Below, one piece after another: positions 18,424 to 29,692 of a DNA stretch of 64,000 nt; positions within the stretch are counted from its first letter, which is position 1, and each line of letters begins with the position of its first letter. The translations under genes were made by a program, and so were the position numbers. This DNA is from Candidatus Kapaibacterium sp. Lineage in GTDB: Bacteria > Bacteroidota > Ignavibacteria > Kapaibacteriales > UBA2268. Under the pieces are notes generated by a model, which worked only from the letters and a program-made list of their open reading frames with translations, was not told the DNA's origin and ran no database searches. The stretch lies in NCBI GenBank assembly GCA_963664875.1, contig OY761611.1, positions 160,001-224,000 of the forward strand, written 5' to 3'.

Positions 18424-20544
18424 ATGAAAAATTTATTTCTGTTGGTTTTTGCTGCGGGGCTCTTTATGATGGCTTGTAACAAAACTGAAAAAGTAGAAGC
18501 TCCTGCTTCTGACAATCCGTTCTTCACAGAATGGACAACGCCTTTTGCTACTCCTGATTTTTCTAAAATCAAGGACGAACATTACAGACCAGCCTTTATG
18601 AAAGGTATCGAAGAAAAAAGAGCTGATATTAAAGCAATTGTAGATAACAAAGAAGAACCTACTTTTGCAAATACTATCGAAGCTTTAGAAAAATCAGGAC
18701 AACTTCTTGATCGAGTATCAAATGTCTTCTTTAATTTGCAAGGAGCCAATACTAATGATACTATAATTGCAGTTACTGAAGACTTGCTCCCTGAATTGAC
18801 AGCACTTGGAAGCGAAACTACAATGAATGATGCTTTGTTCCAAAGAATCAAAAAATTGTATGATACAAAAGAATCTCTTGGCTTAAATAAAGAACAAGCT
18901 AAAGTACTTGAAAACTACTATAAATCGTTCACTCGTAACGGTGCGTTGCTTGATGCTGCACAGAAAGAAGAACTTAAAAAAATTGATGTTGAAATAAGCA
19001 CTCTTACTAATAAATTTGGTAACAATGTCTTAGAAGAAACAAACAGATTCAAGATGGTTCTTGATAAAAAAGAAGATTTAGCAGGTCTTCCTCAGTCAGT
19101 AATTGATGCTGCTGCTGATGCTGCTAAAGCTGATGGCCAAGAGGGTAAATGGATGTTTACAATCCAAAAACCATCATTGATTCCTTTCCTTACTTACTCT
19201 TCTAACAGAGAGCTTAGACAAAAAATGTTTAACGCTTACACTCACATGGGCGATAACAATGATGAATTTGATAACAAAGAAATCGCTGTTAAAGTTGCAA
19301 ATTTGAGAGTAAAAAGAGCTCACCTTCTTGGATATAAATCACACGCTGATTATATCTTGGAAGAAAACATGGCAAAAAACCCTGCAAAATTCTACGAATT
19401 AGCCGGTAAAATCTGGGAACCTGCAGTTGCTAATGCTAAAAAAGAAGTAGCTGAAATGCAAAAAATTATCGATGCAGAAGGTGGAAACTTCAAATTGGCT
19501 GCTTGGGACTGGTGGTACTATGCTGAAAAAGTAAGAAAAGAAAAATACGACTTAGACGAAGAAATGCTTAAGCCTTACTTCAAATTAGAAAATGTAAGAG
19601 ATGGTGCTTTTACGCTTGCTAATAAACTTTATGGTATTACTTTTGAAAAACGCGACGATATTTCAATCTACCACCCTGAAGTTGAAGTATTTGAAGTAAA
19701 AGAAGCTGATGGTTCTCATATCGGTATTCTTTACACTGATTACTTCCCAAGAGCAAGCAAAAGAGGTGGAGCATGGATGAATGCTTACAGATCAAGAACA
19801 AACATGGGAGAATTGAAAACTCCAATTATTTGCAACGTTTGTAACTTTACTAAACCTGCTGGTGACAAACCATCATTGCTTACTTTCGAAGAAGTTACTA
19901 CTTTATTTCATGAATTTGGTCACGCATTGCATGGCTTGCTTACTAAAGGTAACTATCCTTCAGTAACAGGTACTGCAGTTTCTCGCGACTTCGTAGAGTT
20001 ACCTTCTCAGGTAATGGAAAACTGGTGTGCAGAACCGGAAATGTTGAAACTATATGCTAAACATTATGAAACCGGAGAAGTTATTCCTGATGAGTTAATC
20101 AAAAAAATTCAGGATGCAGGCAAATTCAACATGGGATTTGTAACAACTGAGTATATGTCAGCTGCTTTACTTGATATGGACTGGCACACTTGGACTGAAC
20201 CTAAACAAGTTGAATGTAATGCTTTTGAAAAAGAATCTTTAGACAAACATAATATGATTGATGAAATCGTAGTTCGTTACAGATCTACATACTTCCGTCA
20301 TATCTTCTCTGATCCAATTGGATATTCTGCAGGTTACTACGGATATATCTGGTGTGGTGTTCTTGATTCTGACGTGTTTGAAGCATTTAAAGAAACAAGC
20401 TTGTTTGATCAGGCTACTGCAACATCATTTAGAAAAAATATCTTAGAAAAAGGTGGAACTGAAGACGCTATGGATATGTATAAAGCATTCCGTGGACGTG
20501 AACCAATTGTAGAACCACTTCTTAAAAAACGTGGCTTATTATAA
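18424..20544 (+). CDS. dcp: M3 family peptidyl-dipeptidase Dcp, lipoprotein
   Basis: Lipobox MMA-C; KRGGAWM, FHEFGHALH, DFVELPSQ, YSAGYY. Confidence 0.9.
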   Translation: MKNLFLLVFAAGLFMMACNKTEKVEAPASDNPFFTEWTTPFATPDFSKIKDEHYRPAFMKGIEEKRADIKAIVDNKEEPTFANTIEALEKSGQLLDRVSNVFFNLQGANTNDTIIAVTEDLLPELTALGSETTMNDALFQRIKKLYDTKESLGLNKEQAKVLENYYKSFTRNGALLDAAQKEELKKIDVEISTLTNKFGNNVLEETNRFKMVLDKKEDLAGLPQSVIDAAADAAKADGQEGKWMFTIQKPSLIPFLTYSSNRELRQKMFNAYTHMGDNNDEFDNKEIAVKVANLRVKRAHLLGYKSHADYILEENMAKNPAKFYELAGKIWEPAVANAKKEVAEMQKIIDAEGGNFKLAAWDWWYYAEKVRKEKYDLDEEMLKPYFKLENVRDGAFTLANKLYGITFEKRDDISIYHPEVEVFEVKEADGSHIGILYTDYFPRASKRGGAWMNAYRSRTNMGELKTPIICNVCNFTKPAGDKPSLLTFEEVTTLFHEFGHALHGLLTKGNYPSVTGTAVSRDFVELPSQVMENWCAEPEMLKLYAKHYETGEVIPDELIKKIQDAGKFNMGFVTTEYMSAALLDMDWHTWTEPKQVECNAFEKESLDKHNMIDEIVVRYRSTYFRHIFSDPIGYSAGYYGYIWCGVLDSDVFEAFKETSLFDQATATSFRKNILEKGGTEDAMDMYKAFRGREPIVEPLLKKRGLL

Positions 20545-20564
20545 GCTATAATTGCTTAGATTTG

Positions 20565-20598
20565 AGGTGTGTTTCTTTATTGAGACACACCTTTTTTT
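20565..20598 (+). terminator. Intrinsic terminator
   Basis: AGGTGTGTTTC...GAGACACACCT + T7. Confidence 0.8.
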
Positions 20599-20626
20599 AT
20601 TTATATACATCGAGTAGGGTATAAAC

Positions 20627-20944
20627 ATGAATTGGGTGATTCTTATAATCGCAGGTTTGTTTGAGACAGGCTGGGCAATCGGATTGAAATATACTGAAGG
20701 GTTTACAAAGTTAGTTCCTTCTGTTTTAACAGCCGTCAGTATGGCAATAAGTGTATATTTACTTTCTGTAGCTCTCAAAGAAATTCCTATTGGAACAGGC
20801 TATGCTGTTTGGACCGGAATTGGTGCAGTTGGAACTGCCATTTTAGGGATGGTGTTATTTGATGAGTCAAGAGATATAGCAAGGATAATATGCATACTAC
20901 TTATCGTATCGGGTATTATAGGACTGAAAATATTTTCAAAATAG
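20627..20944 (+). CDS. sugE: SMR-family exporter, SugE/Gdx type
   Basis: [30 protein letters not shown]. Confidence 0.88.
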   Translation: MNWVILIIAGLFETGWAIGLKYTEGFTKLVPSVLTAVSMAISVYLLSVALKEIPIGTGYAVWTGIGAVGTAILGMVLFDESRDIARIICILLIVSGIIGLKIFSK

Positions 20945-21008
20945 CGAAGTTATCTAAAATATTTTGACTGAAAAAGAGTATAATTACTAATAGAACAATA
21001 AGCAAAAA

Positions 21009-24000
21009 ATGACAATTATGAATTCAGTCAAACATATAGTTGAAGAAATATATAAGTTAGGAAATGAGATTACTGATAGAGAGCAATTTGACAACTTAGT
21101 ATCAAATTTTCTCGCTCAGCATGAGATAGATATAAATGTTGAGAATACTAAGCTCCCTAATATTGGTTCTGAATTTAAGCTCCAATCAAAAGTATTTGAC
21201 AGTGATGCTTTATCTCTTTTATCCATTGTTATTAATAATTGCAGAAATAATTTTGTCGAAGACAATTTCGTTTGGGTTGATAATATTCCTTTGCCCGCTG
21301 CTATAGTTGGGTTCGACACAAAGGAAATTGTATCAAGCAATAAATTATTTGATTGTATTGCTATTTCAAAAACAAAAAAACTGATGTGTTCGGAATCAGA
21401 TAATCAAAAGCTATGTATAGATTGCCCTTTGTATAATCTCGACAAAGATACTAAAGCAACAGAAAATGGTACACACTTCTGCCGTCTTTTTCAATTTAGA
21501 TTCAAATATTCAATTTTAAGCCACAAAAGTTCTAAATACATACTTTTTGTGTGTTTAGATAATATTGGTGACGAGGAAAGACTATTACTTACTCTAAAAG
21601 AATTGGAGTTTTTCTACTTTGCAGTGGACAGTAATATTCTGATTGAATATTATGACAGCGAGATGCATATTTTGCATGCTAATCAGTTGTTTTGCGACAA
21701 ACTTGGCTACTCAGTAGGAGAGATAACTGGAAAAGGATATGATTTTTGTGATGCCTCTTACCATTCTAAGCAATTTCACAAAGACTTACTAAAAACCTGT
21801 AAACACCACAAGGTTTGGCAAGGTCTGATTAAGATCAAAGGAAGAAATAACGAGGAAATCTGGTTAGATAAAACCATAATACCTGCACCAGAGCACACGC
21901 AGATACCCTATGCTTATGTTGCTTTAAGCTACGATGTTACAACTCTAAAACAATCACAGAATGATTTGCTGCTGATGACACAAGTATTCGAGCAAAGCCC
22001 TGCCTCTATCATGATTACAGACGCAAAAGGATTTATTGAATATGTCAATCCTCATTTTGAAAAAATATCAGGATATAAGTCTGAAGAGATTGTAGGCAAA
22101 AAACCTTCATTTTTGAAATCAGGATATACTTCGGAAGAAGATTATAAAAATCTTTGGAGCAAAATAAAAAAAGGCGGAACTTGGCACGGTCAGTTTTGTA
22201 ATAAGAAAAAAAACGGACAGCTGTTTTGGGAATTTGCTTCAATCGCACCTGTTAAAGATTTTAACGGCAAGATTACCAGTTATATCGCCTTAAAAGAAGA
22301 TATTACCCAGCTAAAAAAATCCGAGCATATTTTAGAATCCAACAATGCTTTGATGACATCTGTTGTTGATTCTATTTCAGAAGGCATTCTTGCATTCGAT
22401 ATCACTGATCGAGTGAGTATGTTTAATAACAGATTCTTAGAACTTTTTGAACTGACCGGCAAAGAAGTAGAAAATCTCAAAAGAAAAGATTTGATAAGTC
22501 AACTTGGCAATTATTTTACCGATTCACAGGAATTTGATTTATTCATATCAAATGCGGAAAATTCACCTGAAATTGTACATTCTAAAATGTTTCAGTTAAA
22601 TAACAACCGATATTTTGATTTTGCAATTCGACCTCAGAGCTCCTATAATCGTAATTATGGGATGATTTGGTCTTTCAACGATTACACTGCTATCCAATTT
22701 ATACAGCGTCAGCTTATGAAAAACAATCAGGAATTGACTGACATTAATATAGAATTGGACAGAAAAACTCAAATACTTCAGAATACTATTCGAGAGTTGG
22801 AAATCCAGAAAAACATAGCAGAAACTGCGACTAAGGCTAAAAACGAATTTTTAGCAAACATGAGTCATGAAATCAGAACACCAATGAATTCGATACTCGG
22901 TTTTACGCAGATACTAAAAAATACTCTTAATGATTCGAAACACAAATTATTCCTTGACGCAATAGAAAGCAGCGGTAACAATTTGATGATACTTCTGAAT
23001 GATTTGCTCGATTTGTCAAAAATTGAAGCAGGCAAGATGATTATCAAACAAAATAAAGTAAGTTTTGCAAGGCTTTCGAAAGAATTATATAACATATTTA
23101 GATTAGAAGCTCAAAGAAAAGGGATTGACTTTGAAATTAAATTATCAGAAGAATTGCCGAGCAATATAATTATTGACGAAATCAGGTTAAGACAGATATT
23201 ATTCAATATTGTAGGCAATGCAATAAAATTCACCTCAAAGGGTGCAGTTCTTTTGGATATTTCTGGGAGTATCTTGAGTGATAAAAAATTAGATTTGACA
23301 TTCAAAGTTATTGATACCGGTGTTGGTATCGAAGACTCTCTTCAGGAGACTATATTTGATTTGTTTTATCATAAAACAACCGAGCCTCAGGATGTTGCAT
23401 TAGGGACCGGCTTAGGTTTGGCAATCAGCAGAAAACTTTCGCATCTGATGAACGGGAATATTACTCTGAAGTCAAAACTTGGGGAAGGAAGCAGTTTCTA
23501 TGTCAAGCTCAATGATATAGAATATTATTCGGAAGAAGTTCCGGAAGATTGTTGTAATGCGGAAGAGATTGCATATTTCAACAATCTTATAAAAGTCTTA
23601 GTGGTTGACGATGTTATGCTTAACAGAAAACTTGTTTCAGAGTTTTTAGCCGACAAAAATTGTCAGATTTTTGAAGCTGAATCCGGCGATGCAGCTATCG
23701 AGATAGCAAAACAAGAGAAACCGGATATTGTCTTTATGGATATCAAAATGCCACAAATGAGTGGAATCGAAGCAACAACAAAGCTAAGGGAGATGTATGC
23801 TGATATTATTATTGTTGCAATTACTGCTTCAGTGACTTATTCTGCTCAGGAATTCAAAGAATTGACTTTTAACGATTTTATTCTCAAGCCTTTAGAACAA
23901 AATGAGCTTTTAAGAGCTATTGTTACAAATTTGAAAATAAAAGAATTTGAGAAAAAGAAAACTAAGCAAATCAAGAATAAACAATTAGAGTTTTCTAAAC

Positions 24001-24257
24001 TGCATAATTCTAAAGATTTTTTTGCTAATTTGGAAGAAGCTTATAAATTATGGACAAGCATAGAAAAAAGCAAAAAAATCAGCGACATCAAACAGTGGGT
24101 TTATGCGATGAATGAAACTGCAAAGTTGCATGAGTGCAAAATTTTAGCTGACTACTGCCAAAAATTGAGTAACTCACTGGAAGATTTTGATTTTGTGCAA
24201 TTACCAAAATATTTAGCTGAATTTCCGGATTTATATCAGAAAATTACTAATTCTTAG
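21009..24257 (+). CDS. Hybrid PAS sensor histidine kinase with receiver domain
   Basis: PAS domains; FLANMSHEIRTPMN, GNAIKFT, GTGLGL; REC VVDD..FMDIKMP..KP. Confidence 0.92.
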   Translation: MTIMNSVKHIVEEIYKLGNEITDREQFDNLVSNFLAQHEIDINVENTKLPNIGSEFKLQSKVFDSDALSLLSIVINNCRNNFVEDNFVWVDNIPLPAAIVGFDTKEIVSSNKLFDCIAISKTKKLMCSESDNQKLCIDCPLYNLDKDTKATENGTHFCRLFQFRFKYSILSHKSSKYILFVCLDNIGDEERLLLTLKELEFFYFAVDSNILIEYYDSEMHILHANQLFCDKLGYSVGEITGKGYDFCDASYHSKQFHKDLLKTCKHHKVWQGLIKIKGRNNEEIWLDKTIIPAPEHTQIPYAYVALSYDVTTLKQSQNDLLLMTQVFEQSPASIMITDAKGFIEYVNPHFEKISGYKSEEIVGKKPSFLKSGYTSEEDYKNLWSKIKKGGTWHGQFCNKKKNGQLFWEFASIAPVKDFNGKITSYIALKEDITQLKKSEHILESNNALMTSVVDSISEGILAFDITDRVSMFNNRFLELFELTGKEVENLKRKDLISQLGNYFTDSQEFDLFISNAENSPEIVHSKMFQLNNNRYFDFAIRPQSSYNRNYGMIWSFNDYTAIQFIQRQLMKNNQELTDINIELDRKTQILQNTIRELEIQKNIAETATKAKNEFLANMSHEIRTPMNSILGFTQILKNTLNDSKHKLFLDAIESSGNNLMILLNDLLDLSKIEAGKMIIKQNKVSFARLSKELYNIFRLEAQRKGIDFEIKLSEELPSNIIIDEIRLRQILFNIVGNAIKFTSKGAVLLDISGSILSDKKLDLTFKVIDTGVGIEDSLQETIFDLFYHKTTEPQDVALGTGLGLAISRKLSHLMNGNITLKSKLGEGSSFYVKLNDIEYYSEEVPEDCCNAEEIAYFNNLIKVLVVDDVMLNRKLVSEFLADKNCQIFEAESGDAAIEIAKQEKPDIVFMDIKMPQMSGIEATTKLREMYADIIIVAITASVTYSAQEFKELTFNDFILKPLEQNELLRAIVTNLKIKEFEKKKTKQIKNKQLEFSKLHNSKDFFANLEEAYKLWTSIEKSKKISDIKQWVYAMNETAKLHECKILADYCQKLSNSLEDFDFVQLPKYLAEFPDLYQKITNS

Positions 24258-24268
24258 AGAAAAATATT

Positions 24269-25405
24269 ATGACTGAATCAAAGAAGCCATTAGTATTAGT
24301 TGTAGATGATATGCCTCGAAACCTTCAGATATTAAGCACTTTGCTTGATAACGAAGGGTTTGATATTACATTTGCTAATAATGGAAAGCAGGCAATTGAA
24401 GTAGCACAAAGTGCTGAGCCTGATTTGATTCTGTTGGATGTCATGATGCCTGAAATGAATGGGTTCGAAGCTTGCAGAATAATGAAAAGCATGGATGCTA
24501 CTAAAGATATACCTATTATCTTTATTACCGGAAGATCTAACACAGAAGACATAGTAGAAGGTTTCAAATCAGGGGCAGTTGACTATGTAACCAAACCATT
24601 TAACACAGTTGAAATGGTAAGTAGAATCAGGACTCATCTAGAACTGAAATTTTCTAAAGATATTGTTATAGCTTCAAATAAAAAATTGGAAGAATACAGA
24701 AATGAGTTAGAACAAGTCATTCGCTCTAAAGACAAGTTCTTTTCTATAATTGCTCACGATTTGAGAGGTCCTTTCAGTGGTTTTATTGGGCTGACTTCCA
24801 TGCTTATGGAAGATTTCGAAGAGCTTGGAAAAGAAGATATTGTTCAGATTTCGGGGTCACTAAATAGCTCTGCAAAACATCTCTATGAACTACTTGAAAA
24901 TTTATTGGATTGGTCACGCTCTCAGATGGGCAAAATGGACTACAACCCTATAAATACAGATTTATATCAAAATGTAACAAAAGTATTCTCCTTGTTGGAA
25001 GCAAAATCGAAAGAAAAAAATATCAGCTTAGAGACTTCAATAACAATAAATACGTATGCTTATGCTGACAATAATATGCTAAACACGATTTTGCGTAACT
25101 TGATTTCTAATGCTATCAAATTTACCTACTCTGGAGGTAAAATTTCTATTGATTCTGTTGCTTCTGACGATTTTGTAAAAGTATCTGTTGCAGATACAGG
25201 AACAGGTATGACAGAAGATGCAATGGAGAAAATATTTAGAATTGATACCAAATACACAACACCCGGAACAAATGAAGAGAAAGGTACAGGTTTAGGACTT
25301 ATTTTATGTAAAGAGTTAGTAGAAAAGCAGGGCGGAGAAATTTCTGTTTCAAGTGAATTAGACAAAGGTACAATTTTTACTTTTACCTTACCTGTTCCGA
25401 GATAA
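24269..25405 (+). CDS. Receiver + histidine kinase hybrid
   Basis: N-terminal REC (LLDVMMP, TKPF); IAHDLRGP, NAIKF, GTGLGL. Confidence 0.92.
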   Translation: MTESKKPLVLVVDDMPRNLQILSTLLDNEGFDITFANNGKQAIEVAQSAEPDLILLDVMMPEMNGFEACRIMKSMDATKDIPIIFITGRSNTEDIVEGFKSGAVDYVTKPFNTVEMVSRIRTHLELKFSKDIVIASNKKLEEYRNELEQVIRSKDKFFSIIAHDLRGPFSGFIGLTSMLMEDFEELGKEDIVQISGSLNSSAKHLYELLENLLDWSRSQMGKMDYNPINTDLYQNVTKVFSLLEAKSKEKNISLETSITINTYAYADNNMLNTILRNLISNAIKFTYSGGKISIDSVASDDFVKVSVADTGTGMTEDAMEKIFRIDTKYTTPGTNEEKGTGLGLILCKELVEKQGGEISVSSELDKGTIFTFTLPVPR

Positions 25406-25645
25406 ATGCAATTTATCAGAATATAGGCAATTAAATGCCTGTATTATCTTCGATTCTTACTTGCCATTTTTTTTTGATTACTTTTCCCACAAAGAGGAAA
25501 AAGTATCAAATATTTCCTACTATTATAGTAATTTTAAGGGTTTGTATAATCCAAAAATTAAACAGATTATTTCGACTCTTGAAAAGCGAGAATCAATTTA
25601 CTTTAAAAGCAAAAATATTATTAGTATTTATAAAATAGAGGGATT

Positions 25646-27676
25646 TTGATGAAAAAACTAATCAGCTTGTTTGTTCTTGCTGTTGTATGTTTTGCTTCTT
25701 ATGCAACTTTGGATGCTGCAAGGAACTTCACAGCAAAAGACTTGATGTCGCTCAAGCGCATAGGAGAGGGGCAAGTTTCCCCGGATGGTAAATGGGTACT
25801 GTATAGTCTTAAAACGCCTGCTCTAAGCGAAAATAAATTCTATACAGATTTGTATGCAGTCAAAATGGATGGTTCGGAAACTTTGCAGGTTACTACTGAT
25901 AAAGCTGCTGATTTCAATGGAGTATGGTCTCCGGACGGCAAAAAAATTGCGTTCCTTTCTACAAGAACAGGAGCACCTCAGATTTTTGTAAAAGATTTTC
26001 CGAACGGAACTGCAAAGCAAATAACAAACATAGAAACAGGCGTTTCAAATATGGCTTGGTCTCCAAAAGGAAATTTCTTCTCATTTACTTCAGAAGTAAA
26101 GTTGGATAAAACTCCGCAAGAGAAATACCCTGAATACAGCAAAGCAGATGTTAGAATATACGATGATTTACCTGTACGTCACTGGTCGGAATGGATTGAT
26201 GAAAGCTACAGCCATTTATTTGTTATATCTGCAAACGGTGGAAATGCAAAAGATTTGACTGAAGGCATGAGATATGATACTCCTTTGAAGCCTTTTGGTG
26301 GTGGTGAAGAAATAGCTTGGTCACCTGATGAAAAAGAGCTTTGCTACACTATGAAAATTGTACCTCAGTTTGAAATATCAACTGATTCACAGCTTTATAC
26401 AGTGAACAGAGAGGGCGGAGAAGCTAAAAATATTACACCGAATATGCCGGGTTATGATAAAGCTCCGCTGTATTCTCCTGACGGCAAATGGATCGCCTTC
26501 CATAGCCAGGAAAGAGCAGGCTTCGAATCTGATAGAATTAGATTGATGCTTTATAATAGAGAAAACGGTAATATCACGGAACTATCCAAATCTTTAGATC
26601 AGTGGGTAGGAACAACAATTTGGGCTCCCGATAGCAAATCTTTATACTTTGACTGTCCTACTCAAGGTACGAAAAGAATATATAACATCAATCTTTCCGG
26701 CGAATGGAAAATATTGACTGAAGGTATGTATAACTACGGCGGCTCTCTTGCTATCACTCCTGATGGAAAAACATTAGTTTTCGGCAGAGAATCTATGCAA
26801 GAACCAAATGATTTGGTAACCATGCCTGCCGAAGGTGGTAAAGTAACTCAGATTACAGACGTAAATAAAGAAATGATGTCTGAGTTCAACAAAATCAAAA
26901 TAGAAGAAAAATGGTTCACAGCTAAAGATGGTAAAAAAATCCACTCTTGGGTTGTTTATCCTCCTAACTTCGACCCAAATAAAAAATATCCTATGATTAC
27001 GTATTTGCAGGGTGGACCTCAATCTATGCTTAGCCAGCAATTTCACTATAGATGGAATTGGTATCTCATGGCTTCACATGGCTATATCATAAATGTTGCT
27101 AACCGCAGAGGTGTACCGGGATTCGGACAAGATTGGAACGATGCTATCAGCAAAGATTGGGGCGGAATGCCTATGCAGGATTATTTGACAGTTACAGATG
27201 AGATGAATAAACTTCCGTTTGTTGACAAAAACAAAGTTGCTGCTATCGGTGCATCTGCAGGCGGTTACGCTGCATTCTGGATGGCTGGTAACCATCAGGG
27301 AAGATTTAAAGCATTATTAGCTCATTGTGGTGTGTTTAACTTAGAATCTATGTACGGCTCAACTGAAGAAATCTTCTTCCCTAATTGGGAAAACGGCGGA
27401 CCTTACTGGGATAAAAAATATAAAGACTTCTATGATAATAATTCACCTCACAGATTTGCTGATAACTGGGACACTCCGATTATTATCTCTACAGGTGAGT
27501 ATGATTTTAGAGTGCCTTATACTCAATCTTTAGAAGCATTTACAGTAGCACAACTCAAAGGCTTGCCTTCAAAATTATTAGTTTTCCCACAGGAAACACA
27601 CTTTATTGCTAAGCCTCAAGAATACATTATCTGGGATGCTGAAGTATATAATTTCTTGGACAAATTCTGCAAATAA
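25646..27676 (+). CDS. S9 family peptidase (dipeptidyl-peptidase 5-like), exported
   Basis: PD40/WSPDG propeller repeats, GASAGG nucleophile, DFRVP, ETH. Confidence 0.9.
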   Translation: MMKKLISLFVLAVVCFASYATLDAARNFTAKDLMSLKRIGEGQVSPDGKWVLYSLKTPALSENKFYTDLYAVKMDGSETLQVTTDKAADFNGVWSPDGKKIAFLSTRTGAPQIFVKDFPNGTAKQITNIETGVSNMAWSPKGNFFSFTSEVKLDKTPQEKYPEYSKADVRIYDDLPVRHWSEWIDESYSHLFVISANGGNAKDLTEGMRYDTPLKPFGGGEEIAWSPDEKELCYTMKIVPQFEISTDSQLYTVNREGGEAKNITPNMPGYDKAPLYSPDGKWIAFHSQERAGFESDRIRLMLYNRENGNITELSKSLDQWVGTTIWAPDSKSLYFDCPTQGTKRIYNINLSGEWKILTEGMYNYGGSLAITPDGKTLVFGRESMQEPNDLVTMPAEGGKVTQITDVNKEMMSEFNKIKIEEKWFTAKDGKKIHSWVVYPPNFDPNKKYPMITYLQGGPQSMLSQQFHYRWNWYLMASHGYIINVANRRGVPGFGQDWNDAISKDWGGMPMQDYLTVTDEMNKLPFVDKNKVAAIGASAGGYAAFWMAGNHQGRFKALLAHCGVFNLESMYGSTEEIFFPNWENGGPYWDKKYKDFYDNNSPHRFADNWDTPIIISTGEYDFRVPYTQSLEAFTVAQLKGLPSKLLVFPQETHFIAKPQEYIIWDAEVYNFLDKFCK

Positions 27677-27705
27677 TCATTTGCTTAATGGGATTATTGA
27701 TTTGT

Positions 27706-27745
27706 GCCCGATGTGATTTTATCTTTGCATCGGGCTTTCTTTTTT
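27706..27745 (+). terminator. Intrinsic terminator
   Basis: GCCCGATG...CATCGGGC + T-run. Confidence 0.8.
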
Positions 27746-27768
27746 AAGGATTTTCGCCAAATATTTGA

Positions 27769-28623
27769 TTACTCATGTTCCGGGAGTTTCTTTCCGCAAT
27801 AAGGACAATATTCAAAATGTGAAACTGATTTAGGTTCCACTTCAGATTCTGAGTTTGAAAGCTCGGTGTTTTTGTTTTGTAATTGTTCAACAAATCCTAT
27901 ACTTATAATCCCTGTTGGTATTGCTACAAGTCCAATTCCAAATAAAGCAGTAATTGCTGCAAGAAATTGCCCCCATCCGCTAATCGGAAAAACATCACCA
28001 TAGCCAATAGTTGTCAGTGTTGCGACTGCCCACCAAATAGAATGGAAAATACTTCCAAATTTGTCAGGTTGAATGTCATGTTCTATTTCGTACATTAAAG
28101 TAGCTGATAAAATAAGGAGCAAGCTCGAACCGAACATGGTGATAATCAACTCTTCTTTTTTCTCTTTAAATACAGTGAAGAGTAGTTGAAGAGATTTAAT
28201 GAATCTTGCTAATTTCAAAATTCTAAAAATTCTTAGAAGTCTCAGCATTCTCAGAAATCGTAAGTCGATTTTAACAAACATAGGGAGATAGAACGGCAAA
28301 ATTGCCAGCAAATCTATAAGTCCGAAAAAAGAAAATACATACTTAATTCTTGCTTTTGTTTTGCTTAGATTCGGGTACATCAAATCCGCAATCCAAATTC
28401 TAATCAAATACTCTAAAGAGAAAACAGCAACAGAAAAATAATCAAAAGCTGTATAAAATACTTTGTATTCCAGATAATGCGATTCGATAGATTCGAGCAT
28501 CATTGCTATTATATTCAGAACAATAAGTATAGTAATGAAATAATCGTCGATTACATGCCATCTGCTAGTCGAGCTGTCGTCAGTCAAGAAGATTTTGCCG
28601 ATAAAATCTTTAGTCTTTCGCAT
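27769..28623 (-). CDS. Voltage-gated potassium channel (6TM ion transporter)
   Basis: S4 RxxRxxR, TTIGYGD filter, C-terminal CPYCG; start at 28623 after GGAGG. Confidence 0.92.
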   Translation of the reverse strand: MRKTKDFIGKIFLTDDSSTSRWHVIDDYFITILIVLNIIAMMLESIESHYLEYKVFYTAFDYFSVAVFSLEYLIRIWIADLMYPNLSKTKARIKYVFSFFGLIDLLAILPFYLPMFVKIDLRFLRMLRLLRIFRILKLARFIKSLQLLFTVFKEKKEELIITMFGSSLLLILSATLMYEIEHDIQPDKFGSIFHSIWWAVATLTTIGYGDVFPISGWGQFLAAITALFGIGLVAIPTGIISIGFVEQLQNKNTELSNSESEVEPKSVSHFEYCPYCGKKLPEHE

Positions 28624-28762
28624 ATTTCCTCCATCAAAATATAACTTTGTTTGAATAAACAAATATAATGCCGAACTAAGTTCTTGAAATATATTCTATT
28701 ATATTTGTGCCAAATTCAAATAATATGTATTTTGCAAAAAATGTGTACGTAAGGCATGAAAA

Positions 28763-29677
28763 ATGAAATACATATTTAGCATTATCATACTGGCGTCAAT
28801 TTTTGCAGTATTGGATTGTTCTGCCAATACTCAAACACAAGACACCAGCTATTGGACTAAGCAGGGAAATGTTAGTATAAACTTAAATCAACTTGCTTTA
28901 ATCAATTGGGCTAAAGGAGGGGAAAGCTCTGTAGCTGCTACCGGCCTGCTAAACGCTCAGGCAAACTATAAAAAAGATAATGTGCAGTGGGATAATGTCC
29001 TTGATCTTCGCTACGGGCTGATGTCTTCAGAGCAGTACGACATTCGGAAGACTGACGATAAAATCGAAATTGAATCCAAAATTGGCTATAATGCTTTTGA
29101 TAATGTGTTCTATACTGTCGATATGTCTTTTAATACACAGTTTTGGGATGGATATAAATATCCTGATGACTCTACTCTTGTTTCTACTTTTCTGTCGCCA
29201 GCATACCTAACTATGTCCACCGGGCTTGATTATAAAATAAATAGTGCTTTTTCGTTCTTTTTGTCTCCTTTTGCCGGACGCTTTATTTGGGTGAAAGATG
29301 ACTCACTCGTAGCTAAAGGTGTATATTCTTTGGAACCAGGCGAGAATTTCAGAGCAGATTTTGGAGCAAAATTTACTGCAAGAGCTGAAAAGCAAATCAT
29401 GGAAAATATAACAGTAAAATCCAAACTTGAGCTATTCAATAACTACACTGATAAAGATTTGAATAATAGATCAAATATTGACATAAACTGCGAATCGACT
29501 TTGCTTATGAAAGTAAATGATTACATAGCTGCCAATATTTTTTTGCACCTAATATATGACCACAACATAAATGTACCCCTGTTTGAACAGATAGACGGAG
29601 TTAAGACTAAGATTGGGGAGGGGCGTAGGCTTCAGGTAAAAGAAGTTCTTGGAGTCGGGTTTTCGTACAAATTATAG
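28763..29677 (+). CDS. DUF3078-family outer-membrane beta-barrel
   Basis: NWAKGGES, RKTDDKIE, FLSPAYL, QVKEVLGVGFSYKL. Confidence 0.85.
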   Translation: MKYIFSIIILASIFAVLDCSANTQTQDTSYWTKQGNVSINLNQLALINWAKGGESSVAATGLLNAQANYKKDNVQWDNVLDLRYGLMSSEQYDIRKTDDKIEIESKIGYNAFDNVFYTVDMSFNTQFWDGYKYPDDSTLVSTFLSPAYLTMSTGLDYKINSAFSFFLSPFAGRFIWVKDDSLVAKGVYSLEPGENFRADFGAKFTARAEKQIMENITVKSKLELFNNYTDKDLNNRSNIDINCESTLLMKVNDYIAANIFLHLIYDHNINVPLFEQIDGVKTKIGEGRRLQVKEVLGVGFSYKL

Positions 29678-29692
29678 TAAGTATGATGTCAG

